64,000 bases of DNA from Octopus vulgaris (GCA_951406725.2 OX597831.1:79174001-79238000); one strand, 5' to 3'; counted from the first letter of the stretch, positions 30,195 through 44,640 are shown. The notes: generated by a model not told the origin, from the letters alone. Program-made: numbers and translations.

Positions 30195-31852
30195 TAGAAA
30201 GATATATATATAATAATATTAGGGAATAAATCCAAACTTACAGGGAAAAATTAGATTTAGGATTAAATCCAATTTTATAGTATAAATATATTATATTATA
30301 TTATATTAAATTAGAGATAAAACCAAAGATAAAATGAAACTGAAAAACATAAGCCAATACATAAAATTAATTTAAAAATATAAAAAATATAAAAACATAA
30401 AAATATATATATATATACATATATACATATATACATATATTCATATATACATACATATGTATATACACACATACATACAGATATATGCATATATACACAT
30501 GTGTGTGTGTCCGTGCGTGTGCGTGTGCGTGTGTACTAGGAGTTGAAAATATATCTTCATTTCGTACCAAATCACAATTCGATTTTCTTGTGGGTGATGG
30601 ACTAGACGTCCACTAAAATGGTGCTTGCAGAATCCTTGCAAGGAATCTCCCCCACCCTTCTTCTTCAAGCATATTGTATATCTCTTCTTGAGACACCCAC
30701 CGAAATCGAAACTGATTTTGATAGTACCACTTGAATACTGGGTTGATGCAGTCCACTAGACCTCTCCACAACATTTCAGGCCTCGTGCCTTTAGTGGAAA
30801 AACTTTATTAGAGCGGTAGATTATTAACGCAGTGGATTTCCACAACCGTTGGAGCACTTAATTAAATACAAAGTTCCCTTTTCTATATCTACGTTCTGAG
30901 TTCAAATCATTTCCTTTTATCCCTTCAGGGTCGATAAAAAAGCAGCAGGTACAAATTTTAGGCCTTGTGCCCATGTTAAAAACATTTATTAAAAAGTCAG
31001 TAAATTAGCAGAATTCCTCTTCAAATTACAACATTCTCAACACCACATTTCAACTCTCAAGGAACGACAGTATAACACACAACTAAATTAGTACTGGGGT
31101 TGATGTATTCGACTAAATATAACTGCTCCTGTGACTAAACGAGAAACCACTAATATTTACTTTGAACTTCCTGCAAACCTCCCAGAGTGTTGTTGTCTCT
31201 CCTCCCAGTTAGCGTCATATTTTATATTATCTGCGCCATTTTGATTCATTTCAAACGTTATGCTTGTTGTTAAATATCAGTCAATTACGTCACACTTCCG
31301 CATTGATACTATCTCTCGCAGGATTCGTTCTACATTTCTTTATATTTTTTTTGTTTTTTTGCTTCTTTTTATGTTGTGTCAAGATTTGTACTACGCGACT
31401 ATTCTTAGTACTTAAATGGTCACTACTTTTTACTTTTTCTTTTTTGCTTCCAGTCAACTTATTCATCTTACGACCATCTTTCAACAAATTTCAACTAAGC
31501 GAAGTATTCGACACACAAACGCACATACACAAAAACACACACACACACACACACGTATATATATTCAGTGTTAAATGAAGAAAAGGTGACGAGTGAAAAT
31601 TCTGTAGATAGTAGTTATAAGCTATATATATATATATACACACACATTAAAACAAAAACACAAGGCCACGTATCTATGCATGTATGTATGTATACGTCTA
31701 TGTATGTATATATTACATATATTTATTATATATATATATATATACATACATACATACATGTGTGCGTGTGTGTACGCGTGCATATGTGTGTCATTATATA
31801 AAGTATATCAATATATGTGTAGATGTATATATATATATACATATATACATTC

Positions 31853-31884
<32 letters not shown>

Positions 31885-32611
31885 GCATATGCAAGTGTAT
31901 ATATATATATATATATATACACGCACACAAACATGTATGTCTATTACTGTCTTATATGTTTTTGTTATATTCTTTTTTAACCCCAATTTCTCTTTCTCTC
32001 TCTCTCTCTCTCTCTGTGTTTCTTTAACTCTACTAACTCTGTCATTAGCAATTACATAAGATTGTCTAAACAAGCCATCATTTCACTTCACTTAAATAGT
32101 TTCGCTGTAATAAATACTTCCTCAAGGGACAAACTACACACAAAATATCTGCTGTCTTCAAGATAGAAGAAAAATCATCTTGTTCCTATTTAGCTCCTAA
32201 GATGATAGACATAGCCACCATCGTAATGTAATGACTATGATATTCTGTTAAAATCTCTTTAAGCTCAGTGAAATACCACAATCCTTTTAACCACTTCTTC
32301 TCTCATATTTCTTTAATAATATGTAATTAAACATATATATGATTTCTTCTTCTTCTTCTTCTTCTTCTTCTTCTTCTTCTTCTTCTTCTTCTTCTTCTTC
32401 TTCTTCTTCTTCTTCTTCTTCTTCTTCTTCATCATCATCATCATCATTACCGTCATCGTCATTATCATCTTCATCATCATCATCATCTTCTTCTTCTTCT
32501 TCTTCTTCTTCTTCTTCTTCTTCTTCTTCTTCTTCTCCCCCCTCTTTTTCCTAACTTTATCACTAATGCTTTTTAGTATAACACCTACGCAAATTTAATT
32601 TTCTAAATTTA

Positions 32612-32658
32612 ATTTAACAGTTGAAAAGGTCTCAAACGACCGAAACCGGTACTGAAAT
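32612..32658 (+). ncRNA. Minimal type I hammerhead ribozyme motif, U3-A8 variant
   Basis: cag-TTGAAAA-ggtc/tcaaac/gacc-GAAA-ccgg-TA-ctg; degenerate sister copy at 48083-48118. Confidence 0.65.
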
Positions 32659-32800
32659 GTTCTTTATAAAATTATTTTAGCATTTTCTCTCTTGACTTGT
32701 TTTTGTCATATATATATATACACATACATGCATATATATATATATGTATGTATATATGTATATATATATATATATATGTATATGTATGTATGTCTGTGTG

Positions 32801-33296
32801 ATGACCACAGATCTGGTCATAAGATCTGGTCATCAAATCTAAGTAGAGACTTCAAACTTGAAATATTCAAAGCCACAGTCGAACCAATCCTACTATATGG
32901 CTCAGAAACCTGGACGTTATCAAAGAAGCTTGAGAGGCGGTTGGATGGAACCTACACTCGCCTCCTTATGAGAGCTCAAAATCTCTCGTGGAGGCGCCAT
33001 CCAACTAAAATGCAAATATATGGGAAATTACCACCTGTGTCATCTCTTGTGAAGGGTAGGAGAGTCCAGTTTGCTGGACATTGTTGTAGAGCTGAAAAAG
33101 AAGTAATTTCTACTCTTCTCCTCTGGAAGCCATCTACTCGCAACACCAGAGGGCGCACACTCTCCTACCCTGATGTAATCTCCAGGGATACAGGCATCCA
33201 GCAACAGGACCTCCGTAATGCTATGATGGACCGTGAAGTCTGGGGCAACATGGTAAATTCCATTGTCTCGACCACGGTCGAACAATGATGATGTTG
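32801..33296 (+). mobile_element. RTE-clade LINE 3' end, 5'-truncated, inserted at the internal microsatellite of a family B SINE
   Basis: Open frame KATVEPILLYGSETWTL...FAGHC...DREVW; (tga)n tail; TSD atgtctgtgtg at 32790-32800 and 33297-33307. Confidence 0.88.
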
Positions 33297-33299
33297 ATG

Positions 33300-33510
33300 T
33301 CTGTGTGTGTCTGTGTTTCTAACCCCACCATCGCTTGACAACTGACATTGGTGTGTTTACATCCCCGTAACTAGCGGTTCGGCAAAAAAAGGGAGTGAAA
33401 GAATAAGTACTAGGCTTACAAAAATATATCCTGTAGTCGATTTGCTCGGCTGAAGGCGGTGCTACAGCATAGCCACACTCAAATGACTGAAACATGTAAA
33501 TGACTAAAAG
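33300..33510 (+). mobile_element. SINE family B, 3' module
   Basis: cgcttgacaactgacattggtgtgtttacatccccgtaac...aaatgactgaaac. Confidence 0.8.
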
Positions 33511-33519
33511 AACATACTT

Positions 33520-33584
<65 letters not shown>

Positions 33585-33708
33585 GTGGTTGGCGGGCAAT
33601 ATGGACTGGTCTTGTACATACGTGCATATATATGCATGTATGGACGTTCGTATATGTAAGTATAACGTGTGTTCTGTATATATATATATTTGTATTTATG
33701 TACCCATC

Positions 33709-33770
33709 GGGTATATTCAACTGACGAAGGCAGAGTTTATTAGTCAGAAATCCAGGATCTTGAATTATCC
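33709..33770 (+). ncRNA. Type I hammerhead ribozyme motif with a canonical core
   Basis: attcaa-CTGACGA-a-ggc...gtc-a-GAAA-tcc-a-gga-TC-ttgaat; the downstream 33810-33910 recurs inverted at 36945-37048. Confidence 0.7.
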
Positions 33771-33928
33771 AGTAAAATTTTTGTTGCTAGTTTATATTGT
33801 CTCTCTGTCTTATCTCATGGCGCGGTATGAACACTTAAGGTGGTTTTTAGAGTCGGGGTTTGACTGCTATTTCGGCATGGTGGTATCTCTCAGATACCTT
33901 TATAGTTTTATATATATATATATATGTA

Positions 33929-34535
33929 CAGCCTTGGCCAAAAGTATTAGGCCAGCCCAATGTTTTGGGGTTCTGCTGTCTCAATGTTAAGGAAACTCGA
34001 GCACATAGTAGATTATGGTATATTTCACAATATGCTTTAGTTTTAATATCTGGTTGACCTTCCTTTAGCATCAATTACTACTTTTATACTCTACTGTACA
34101 TATCCAACCAATCATGAATAAGACCAACGTCCAAAATGAACTTATGTTTCCTAGATTATTTCAGAGTTTTATGCTAATTATATTTAGTAGATACAGTTAA
34201 GAGACAGTAAAATGCCTAATACAAGGGAGTGAAATTAGTGGGAGCGAGGTCAAATCGTAGCTCATCACGAAGATGGAATGTCTCAAAGGTAAATTGCTCA
34301 GAAGGTGAAATGTCCTCCATGTGCGGCGCAAACGTCCTTCAAGCGCTCCAGAGAGACAAAGGATGTGAAAACAATACAAAGAACTGGTAGGAGGAAGGTT
34401 ACATCACCTCGGGATGACAGATCCATCATCCGTCAGTCGCTCAGAAACAGAAGAAATGCATCGCCGGAGCTCTGTGCGGACTTCAACGACGCAAGTACTT
34501 CACAAAGATCACCCAGAACTGTTCGAAGATGAGTT
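33929..34535 (+). mobile_element. Tc1-like transposon 5' relic
   Basis: TA-CAGCCTTGGCCAAAAGTATT terminus; HTH-region peptide RTGRRKVTSPRDDRSIIRQSLRNR...SPRTVRR. Confidence 0.7.
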
Positions 34536-35889
34536 AACCAAATGAAAAGCGACAGGAACTCCAAGATGGCTACTGGAATCATAATTACAATAAAACAATG
34601 GAGGACAATAAAACATCTGGATAGATAGACGATTCATGGACGGAGCGGAAAAAACAGCAATTATAGGGACAGGAAAAAAAGAATGGGTCATTTGTGGTTT
34701 TCTTTCGCCAGTCAGGTTACCAGATGCCCTTATTGCTTCAGACAGTTACATTTGAGACAGTTCGATCTGGTTGCCCCACCAAAACCGCTAAGATCAATCG
34801 TGGCGAATGCACATATATAAATGTGTGTGTGTGAGTGTGTAGGTGTGTGTATATACATTTGCAACGGGATTCTTTCAGCTTCCCTCAACTAAATCCATTC
34901 AGAACGAATTTTCTAGCCCGGGGCTATTGTAGAAGACTCTTGCCCCTTTAGTAAGAAAGCAAGCGAATGTGTACGACAACGACGAAAATAACGGAGAACA
35001 TGTTACACATTTATAAATACAAACAACAAGAATATAACAAAAGGTGTCTTTCGACTGAGGACGATTCAAATTGAGCTGGCGCTTATAAATTGAAAGCCTT
35101 AAGGCAGGAACATAGGATAAGGATATGAGAGATGTTGACGGTTGGTAGCCAGGCCAAGAAAGATCATGGCTGTCCGAACACCAGTCGCATGGAAGGAGGA
35201 GAGAGGGGTAGGGGGCAGTGGCATTGAATGATTAGGAAAAAATCAAAGAGACAAAGAGAAAGGTACAGGGGAGATAAACGAGGAGGAAAAATAGGTGTTA
35301 AAGAAAGAGAGAAATGTGAGAGAGGGTGAGCGAGAAAAAGGAATGAGGAAGGATGTATGAAGGGAACTAAAAGAGAGAGTAAAAAGAATCGTACACAATT
35401 TAGATTCATTACCTACTATAAAGGTGAGCAAAAGTGAACGTGGGCCGCTATATGTGTATATAAATATAAAAAATGGAACAAAATGGCAATAGAGGACAAT
35501 AAAACATCTACAGAGATATATGATACAAAGGTGGACAAGCAAAACAACAATTAGAGGCACAGGTAAAAAGGACGGGTCATTCGTGGCCTTCTTTCGCCAG
35601 TAGAGTTACCAGATGTACTTATATATATACATATATTAATAATGAGACCTCGATATTATGTAAGATTGAAGAATTTATCTATAAATATAATATGTGAAAA
35701 TTAATTGGTTGTCATTTTAATACTCAGAGTCTCAGAAGTATTATTTTCACCATACCTATTGGAGTAATTCCTCTTCATTTAACGGTTTATTCCATAGAAT
35801 TTTGTCCGAATAACTGATGAGATACCGTAGCAATTTTCTGCCCCGGTATCCGAAACTTAGCTTTATTATGACAACCAACTAGTTGTCAC

Positions 35890-35928
<39 letters not shown>

Positions 35929-35930
35929 AC

Positions 35931-36002
<72 letters not shown>

Positions 36003-36034
36003 GGATAGATGGATAGATAGATAGATATATCTTG

Positions 36035-36197
36035 TATCTTCTACCGATTTCAGTCATTAGACTGCGGCCAGGCTGGGGGCACCACCTTGAATTTTTAGTC
36101 GAGTGAATCGACCCCAGTACTTGTTTTTTAAGCCTGGTACTTATTCTATCGGTCTCTTTTGTCGAACCGCAATGTTACGGGGCTATAAACACACCAA
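36035..36197 (-). mobile_element. SINE family B 3' module, truncated next to the hairpin/pLTR insertion
   Basis: tttcagtcattagactgcggcca...ggtacttattctatcggtctctttt. Confidence 0.8.
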
Positions 36198-36211
36198 GTT
36201 GACAAGTTGAC

Positions 36212-36920
36212 AAACTGACCTGTCCACCATGTTAACGTAAAAAGATAATATTCTTTTACGTTAACATGGTGGACAGGTCAGTTTTAGCTTCCCTACTATT
36301 ATAATGTAAACCTGTTTGAACTCATAATATTCTGTGCGTGTATACCAATATTCCACTGAACTTTTTAATAATTCCTTCTGGAAACTATCTTTTACATTTT
36401 CTTGAGAATGTATATTTATGTTGTAATCTTTTGTGCCCAATATTTCAATGAAGTTGTTAAACTTTTTTATGTTCTTAACATGCTCTTGTCACCAAAGAAT
36501 GTATATATATATATGTATTGTAGTACTCTGTGACAACCAATATTCTGTGCGTGTTTGAATATACAGGTACAATACCAATATCAAACTGACCTTTTTAATA
36601 ATTCCTTCTGGAAACTATCTTTAACATGTTCTTGAGAATGTATATTGAATGTATATTTATGTTGTAATCTTTTGTGCCTAATATTTTAAGGAACTTGTTA
36701 AACTTTCTTATGTCCTTAAAATGTTCTTGTTTCCAAAGACTGTATATATGTAATGTAGCATTTTATAACAACCAATAATTAACGCAACCAAACTTTTACA
36801 TGTTACTTTTGACAATCTTTTTCCAAAGAGTGAAACCGGTAAAGTAAATAAACATCTTTTAAAATTGCATTTTCAAACCTTCTTTCGTATATAATTCCAC
36901 TCGTGCGGTACCCTACAACT
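36212..36920 (+). mobile_element. Hairpin-capped partial tandem pLTR-like element with a hammerhead at 36803-36847
   Basis: 31-bp perfect inverted repeat at 36212-36284; tandem units at about 36326-36540 and 36533-36887; ends in (TA)n. Confidence 0.75.
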
Positions 36921-37132
36921 CCACTTTGATATATATATATATATAACTATAAGTAAGGGTATCTAAGAGACACCGCCATGCCGAAATAGCAGTCAAAACC
37001 CTGATTCTAAAAAACACCTTAAATATTGATATCACACCATGAGATAATTATTACCTTTGTATGGTATTTATTCCCATGCTGGCCACTAGATAATATCGAT
37101 ATTTAAATATTGATATTATCCTTATTTATAAA

Positions 37133-37195
<63 letters not shown>

Positions 37196-37981
37196 GTGTA
37201 TGTATGTACGTATGTATATGTATATATTTATACACAGACATACACACCCTCTCATGGACGTACTTACTTAAGTGAATACGTACATAACTGTATGCGTTCA
37301 TTCACGTGCGTACTTACATATACAACCAAACACGGCAACAAAAACAAAAATTGAAAACAAAAAACATGACGGTCACAAAACGGATTAAATATGGCCGAAA
37401 TATTACGAACATAAAGATACAACTATGTGAAATCAATTATTAATATTCTTTATTTATTTATTTGTGCCTTGTGTTTTTCTTTAATTATTCAAGAAAATTG
37501 AGAGTCTGTGTGTGCAACGGGGTGGGATATAACCGGGGTGGGCGATCCATTTGAATGACAGGGTTTAAAGTAGGAAGAATACAAGGGTAGTTTTTGTGCC
37601 CAAGACGACATGATTAATACGGGTGGATGAGCGTGTGGCGGTGTTGCCTTAGAACTAGAAAGGAAACAGGCGTGGCCAAGTATGTACATGTGTATGCATG
37701 CATGTATGTATATATGTACGTACTTACGTGTGCATGTAAGTATGTATGTGAACATGTAGGTAAAGATATGAATGTATATGTGTGTGTATGTACGTGCACA
37801 TGCATACGCAAACTAACACGTATATATATATATAAAATAACAGACACATGTATTAAAATATATTTGACACCAATGTATGTATATATATGTGTGTGTGTGT
37901 GTAGGTATATCAGTTTGTGTAGCTTTTTATTTATCTATCCATCTATCTATCTGTCTATCTACCCATACTATCCTTGTACAT

Positions 37982-38033
<52 letters not shown>

Positions 38034-38245
38034 GTGTGTGTGTGAGTGTATCTACGTATGCATGTAGGCTATGTGCTTTCGAGCTCGATTCCAAAGTCTT
38101 TTGTAATGAAATTTACCAGCACTATATTTTTCTATACGTACATACATACATACATACACACACTCATACATACTTACATACATACATACATAGACACAAA
38201 CACACACACACACATATATATTTATTTGCACACGTTTTGTTTATA

Positions 38246-38280
<35 letters not shown>

Positions 38281-38396
38281 TTAAATGAAGAAAAGAAACG
38301 GTGAGGTTAAAAGTTAATAATTATTTATTAACAAATTCGTAATCTTTACTTACAGCCGTTTTCTTTGGGTGTAACCATCCCTTTATGTTAACATAG

Positions 38397-38434
<38 letters not shown>

Positions 38435-38494
38435 TAGATAGATAGATAGATATTTGTAAACACACAAGCACACAAATGTGTGTATTGTTTTATG

Positions 38495-38546
<52 letters not shown>

Positions 38547-39293
38547 ACATCATAATTCTATTTTACGTTATTTCACCATCTTTGATCAGAGTCGTGCTTC
38601 ATTAGAAAAATCAGATCAGACTGGAGGTAAAGAACCTCTTCCAGCCTTCACCTATCTCTTCTGCAACTTAAACCTTTATTATTTTTATTGGATGATGCAG
38701 GTTTAATTACCCCCATTACATAGACGTTATAATGACTGGAATGGTTGGAACATCGTTGGTTGCGAGTATTCTTGATCAGGATGGATCTGGAGAGAGAAAG
38801 CAATAGGGGGAAGTTCTGATGAAAGCGTAGGGGTGACGTTTTTACTTTAATTTTGTGTGATTTAAAAAAAACCTAGAGATAGCCTTAACGAAAGAATCAA
38901 AATGAGATCTAAAACTATATAAAATTTAATAAAAAAAACACTGTAAATATATGTAAAAAATACAAGGAATAAGTGTCATTTTTCAAAAAAATTAAATAAA
39001 AAAAGAATATTATAAAATTATAACTGCATGAATAAATTCTAAATAAATTTTACAATAAAACGTAAGTAAATTTAAGAAATTTTTTTTAATATTTTAAAAA
39101 GAATATTAAATATATTAAGAAACACTAAAAAAATTTAAAATAAGTTAATAAATTTTACAAACTGCGCAGAAATATAAAAATAGTTAATATATTTATAAAA
39201 ATCAAAAATGTTTAAAAAGTTATAAATAATTTAAACAATACAATAATTAAAAGATTTGCATGGATATGTGCATGTGTATTCACACAATCACAC

Positions 39294-39375
<82 letters not shown>

Positions 39376-39684
39376 ATATATATATACATATATACACATA
39401 ATTACACATACACATACATATATATACATATATATATGTTACATGGATGCACATATGCGTAAGTATATATATATATATATATATATATACGTGTGTGTGT
39501 GTGTGTCTGTGTGTGTAATAGCAAGATTTGAGCAATTAATTTTTTAAAAAAACACTAAGCAATTATAAAATATAAAATCGTTTCATTTTCAATTACGGAT
39601 AAATCTCACTAAATTGAATTAAGTGAAATTAAAGTAATTTCATTGAAAACTAAGATACCACTACTATTACTAATACTAATAATA

Positions 39685-39753
<69 letters not shown>

Positions 39754-40229
39754 GATAAATTCGTAGAGATAATGGTAATACGTAGAGACAAAAACATGGC
39801 TATCTCTGATAGAAAACTTAAATTGTGGGAAAAGGAAGTGGTGCTGACAGCGGTGGTGTCGGGGCGGCGTGGCGATGGTGCGGCAGTGATGATGGTAGTG
39901 GTGGTGGTGGTGGGGGGGGTCGACGTCGTCGTCGTAGGTGGCGGTGGCGGCGGCGGCAGTGCTGAGGTGGTAGCAGTGGCGACGGTGTTGCTGGTGAGAG
40001 TGGTGGTGGTGGTGTTGGTGGTGGTGATATTATTTATGGTATAGGTTGTAGTATTAGCGATGGTAACTGCGATAGTGTTGTTAAGTGGTGGTAATATCGA
40101 TGGTGGTGACAGCGATGGCGGTCGTGTGGCGGTGCGGTGGTGGTTGTTATAAGGATGCTGATTATGAGGAAGGCGGTGGTATTGGTGGGAGTAGTAGCTT
40201 TATTGCTGTTGGTATTGTCGTTGTTACTC

Positions 40230-40516
40230 TCCCTTTACTTGTTGCAGTCATTTGACTGTGGCTATGCTGGAGCACCGCCTTTAGTCGAGTAAATCGTTCC
40301 CAGGACAAACACAGACACACAAACGTATACACACACATACATATACATGCATATATACGATGGGATTCTTTCAGTTTCCGTCAACCAAATCCACTCACAA
40401 GGCTTTGGTGGGCCCCAGGCTCTCGTAGAAAACACTTGCCCAAGGTGCCAATCAGTGGGAATGAACCCGGAACGATGTGGTTGGTAAGCAAGCTACTTAC
40501 CACACAGTCACTCCTG
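40230..40516 (-). mobile_element. SINE family B, internally deleted
   Basis: Both head and tail present on the minus strand. Confidence 0.85.
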
Positions 40517-40520
40517 AGTC

Positions 40521-40574
<54 letters not shown>

Positions 40575-40575
<1 letters not shown>

Positions 40576-41045
40576 GGTTGGCATCCTTTTTTGTCTTGGG
40601 AGACAATGGAGTTGCGCATAAAATAATCTAGTCCGGCTTTTACATCTCATGTCCTAATACATCTCCTGCTGTGGCTGTGTAGTCCTATCCTGGACAAACA
40701 CTCCCTCTGGCAGGTGCCGCAAATGTAGCGAAGACTGTTCCTGGCTGGTTGTAATGTCATAGTTTTTTGTTGACGTCTTTTCTTGTCTTTCCATTTCTCC
40801 TTTTTCTCTCTCTGTCACTCCTTTGTGTTCCCTTTTTTACGGTACATCGCCAATCTCCACGGTTGATGGCAACTGCTTCCCAGTTGCTAATATTGATGTT
40901 GCAGGCCTTCATGTCCCTTTTGCAAACATCCTTGTAACGTAAGAACGGTCTTCCAACAGACCTAGTGCCCCTAGCAACCTCTCCGTAGAGTACATCCTTG
41001 GGGATTCTGCCACCTTCCATACGGCTAACATGTCCAAGCCATCTC
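40575..41045 (-). mobile_element. RTE (BovB-like) LINE 3' end
   Basis: RWLGHVSRMEGGRIPKDVLYGE...GRPFLRYKDVCKRDMK, then the terminal finger YICGTCQRECLSRIGLHSHSRRC. Confidence 0.85.
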
Positions 41046-41049
41046 ATCA

Positions 41050-41102
<53 letters not shown>

Positions 41103-41142
41103 GTTATTGTTATTGTTGTAGTTGTTGTTGTTGTTGTTGTTG

Positions 41143-41212
<70 letters not shown>

Positions 41213-41221
41213 CATCATTAT

Positions 41222-41520
41222 CTTTGCACAGCTTCTAACGCTGGAGATGTACAACAGTGTCAGCTGTTCACTACCAGTGAACTAAGGTAACACCTTATTT
41301 TTCGCGCAACTTCCGGAGTATTCGAGCGGTGCCAAGCAGTGCAGTTTTCTGCAAGTGGTCCACCCTTATTACAGCCCCTATTTGTTCCACGTAATTCTCG
41401 AGATTTTTGCTCACTGTTTCCAGGGCTCCGACAATTATTGGTACTACTGCTACCTTTTTCATCGACCACAACTGCTTAACTTCCCAAGCTAACCTGTCAT
41501 ATCTTTTCTTTCTCAATTAA
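41222..41520 (-). mobile_element. R4/Dong-type LINE 3' fragment in (TAA)n
   Basis: KRYDRLAWEVKQLW...VVPIIVGAL...LQKTALLGTARILRK. Confidence 0.8.
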
Positions 41521-41542
41521 GACTATGTCTGGCTTCCTATTC

Positions 41543-41623
<81 letters not shown>

Positions 41624-41625
<2 letters not shown>

Positions 41626-44600
41626 TATGTTTGACTTTTGCTTTACATTTGCACAAGCTGGCTCCAAGTCTCACCCAGAGACCTCAAGAGACAACGCCAT
41701 ATATTTGGTTTTGTACTTAGTGTTGTACTAGTGAATGCCTAAAGAACCGCACGAAAATTATGTTTGTTTTAAAACTTGAGATTACATAGAAAGTATTTTG
41801 CGTAGGATATGAGCAGTTCCCATGAGCACTATCTTTTGACTTTCTACTATTTTGGGGTTTCCTGGTATCTGAGTTAGGTAGCGATCAGCCCCTTTTGCTC
41901 TCTTTCCAGGACACCTATGACAACAGGTATTGTTTTAATCTTCAGGCTCCACATTTTGCCAATTTCTATTTCAAGATCTTTGTATTTGCTCAGTTTCTGG
42001 TAGGTCTTGACAGATACGTTTATATCGATTGGGACAGTCATATCAATGAGACGGCATGTTTTTTGTCTGGAGTCTTTTACTATGATGTCTGGCCTATTCG
42101 CGTCTATCTTTCTGTCAGTTTGAATGGTGAAGTTCCAGAGGAGTGAGATGTGGTCATTTTCAAGCACTGGAGGTGGTTTGAGTTCCCACCAGTTTTTATC
42201 ATGGGGCAAGTCCAGGCTTCTGCAAATTACCCAGTGAATATATTGTGCAGCTCTGTCATGCTTGTTTAGATACTCTGTAGGCGCAAGAAGACTGCACTTG
42301 GAGACAACATGATCAATGGTTTCATTTTGTTGTTGACAAACACGACATGTTGGGCTACTGCCGTTCTTTAATATGTTGGCCTGGTAGTTCCTTGTAGGTA
42401 GGCATTGATCTTGAGCTGCTATGATAAACTCTTCTGTTTCAGATTTTAAGCCAGTGGCCATTAGCCATTGATGGGTCAGGGCTTTGTCAACATCTGCATT
42501 ATTCACTCTCTTTGGGTATATGTCATTGAGAGGTTTTTCTTGCCATTTATCATTCAGAATATCTAAGGCAGCAGTTTTAGCACGGGTTTTCATGCGCTTA
42601 GCTTTTTCTGTGCTTGTTTCTTGTGTGTCTAATTCCGGAATTTATTGTATTCGGAATTCTCTTAGATATTCCTTTGCCTGTTTTGTTACTGAGTATGATC
42701 TTTTCTTGTTTTCATGTTTTGAGACAAGTTTTAACATCCAGTCTTCAGAGTTTTTCAGGTATGTGTCTAAGCCAATTGTAGCAAACTTCATTGTTATTAC
42801 CAGTTGTAAAAGCCCACGGCCTCCCTCTTTTCTTGGCAGATAAAGTCATTCTATATCTGCCTTAAGGTGGTGCATTCTATGCATTGTCAACAGTTTTCGT
42901 ATTTTTCTGTCAAGATTACATATTTCAGTAATTGACCAGTTAACGATATTGAAACTGTAAGTCACGACTGATATGGCTAAAGCATTGATCGCTTCGATCC
43001 CGTATCTTGCATTCAGCTCTGTCTTGAGTATTGCTCTTACTCTGCGATAACATTCTCTCCTGATCCTTTCCTTCATCACTGAATGCCTTATTCCATCCCC
43101 TTCAATTACCCCTAGGTACTTGTAGCTCTCCGCTGCATACATATACATATATATAGTATCTATATATGTATGTATGCATATACGTATGTATGTGTATATA
43201 TATGTATACATATGCATATATATAGATATACACATACAGATATACATTTATGAAATTCTGCTGGTCGAAGTAAATGTTAGCTTTTTCTGTCATTTTTCCT
43301 TTGATAAAAGTAGCTTTTGGACATTTATCGAGGCCAAATTGCATTCTGATGTCATCGCTGAATTGTTTAACAATCGTTAGTAAGCCCTTGAGTTGTTGGT
43401 CATTTTTTGCAAAGAGCTTTAAATCATCCATGTAAATGAGATGATTTATATTTTTATCCACCATTTTATATCCGTACTGTGCGTCATTGAGCAATTTTGA
43501 GAGAGGTATTAAGGCTAAACAAAAGAGGAGTGGTGATAGTGAGTCGCCCTGGAAATGCCACATGAAATGTTTACGTCACCAGCATTTAGAGATTCATCGT
43601 CACTGTTCAAAGTTAGTGTGGTTCTCCATGATCTCATACTTACGGACAAATGGTTTCGCAGAGCAGGCGCTAATTTGTACATTTCCAGGCATTTCTTTAT
43701 CCAGCTGTGTTAGGCTATCAAAAGCCTTTTTATAGTCTATCCAGGCTACTGACAAGTTTTTGAGTCGTTTGTGACAATCTTCTAAGATCATCATATTTAT
43801 GAGTAGCTGTTCTTTACAACCATAGGTTCCATGTTTACATCCTTTCTGTTCATTAGGGAATATGCTGCTGTCTATTAAAAAACTATAGGTATATTCCGTC
43901 AGGACAGATGTTAGCATTTTATACATAGTTGTTAAGCAGGTTATGGTTCTATAGTTTTTTGGTTCATTTGTTTCTTCACTTTTTGGGAGCAAGAATGTTA
44001 AACCATTAACTAGCCAAGCAGGCATCCTACTAGGGTGTTGCAAAGCATCATAGTAAAGTTCTGTTAGCAGTTCATGGCTCTCTGGGAAGGCATTCAACCA
44101 GAAGTTAGGAATTTTATCCTTTCCTGGAGACTTCCATTTGCTTGACCTCCTGAAAGCAGATCTTACACCCTCCCACTTTTGCTCCTCTAAGGAGTACAAG
44201 TCCGTAGCTACTCTATCAATCCAAGGGGCCACTTCGTTGTGTGTTTTTTCCAAAAATCGTGCACTTCGTCTTTTGATGGTTCAGACTTTACAGTAACTGG
44301 TGTTTTCCCTATGTTCTTGTAAAAATTTTGGGGGTTATTTTTGAACATGTTGTCCTTGAAGAATCTAACACGATTTCCATACCTCGCTATGCGGGCAGCT
44401 TTAGCAAATACCTTTCATTTGATGGTTTCTATGGTGGCATCAATATCAAGTATAGTTTTCATATATTTTTTCTTTAATTTTGGGGTTTTTGTAGGTTTGG
44501 TAGTCTTGTCAACATTAAGGTTTTTCAAGCATTCAATGTCAGACCTGAGTAGCTTAATTTGTTGTTGGATACGCTCTTGCTAAGAAGGCTTTTTGTGGAA

Positions 44601-44640
44601 ATGTTGCCGTTTGTGAGACCTTGTGGTTAATAAAAGAATA
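41624..44640 (-). mobile_element. R4/Dong-clade non-LTR retrotransposon (RT, CCHC, RLE), 5'-truncated and frameshifted
   Basis: KSPGKDKI, YRTITCL, WIDYKKAFDS, FQGDSLSPLLF, YMDDLKL, YKYLG, CRVC...ETIDHVVSKC, KHD, NRPDI, DMTVP, KLSKYKDL; flanked by (TAA)n on both sides. Confidence 0.92.
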
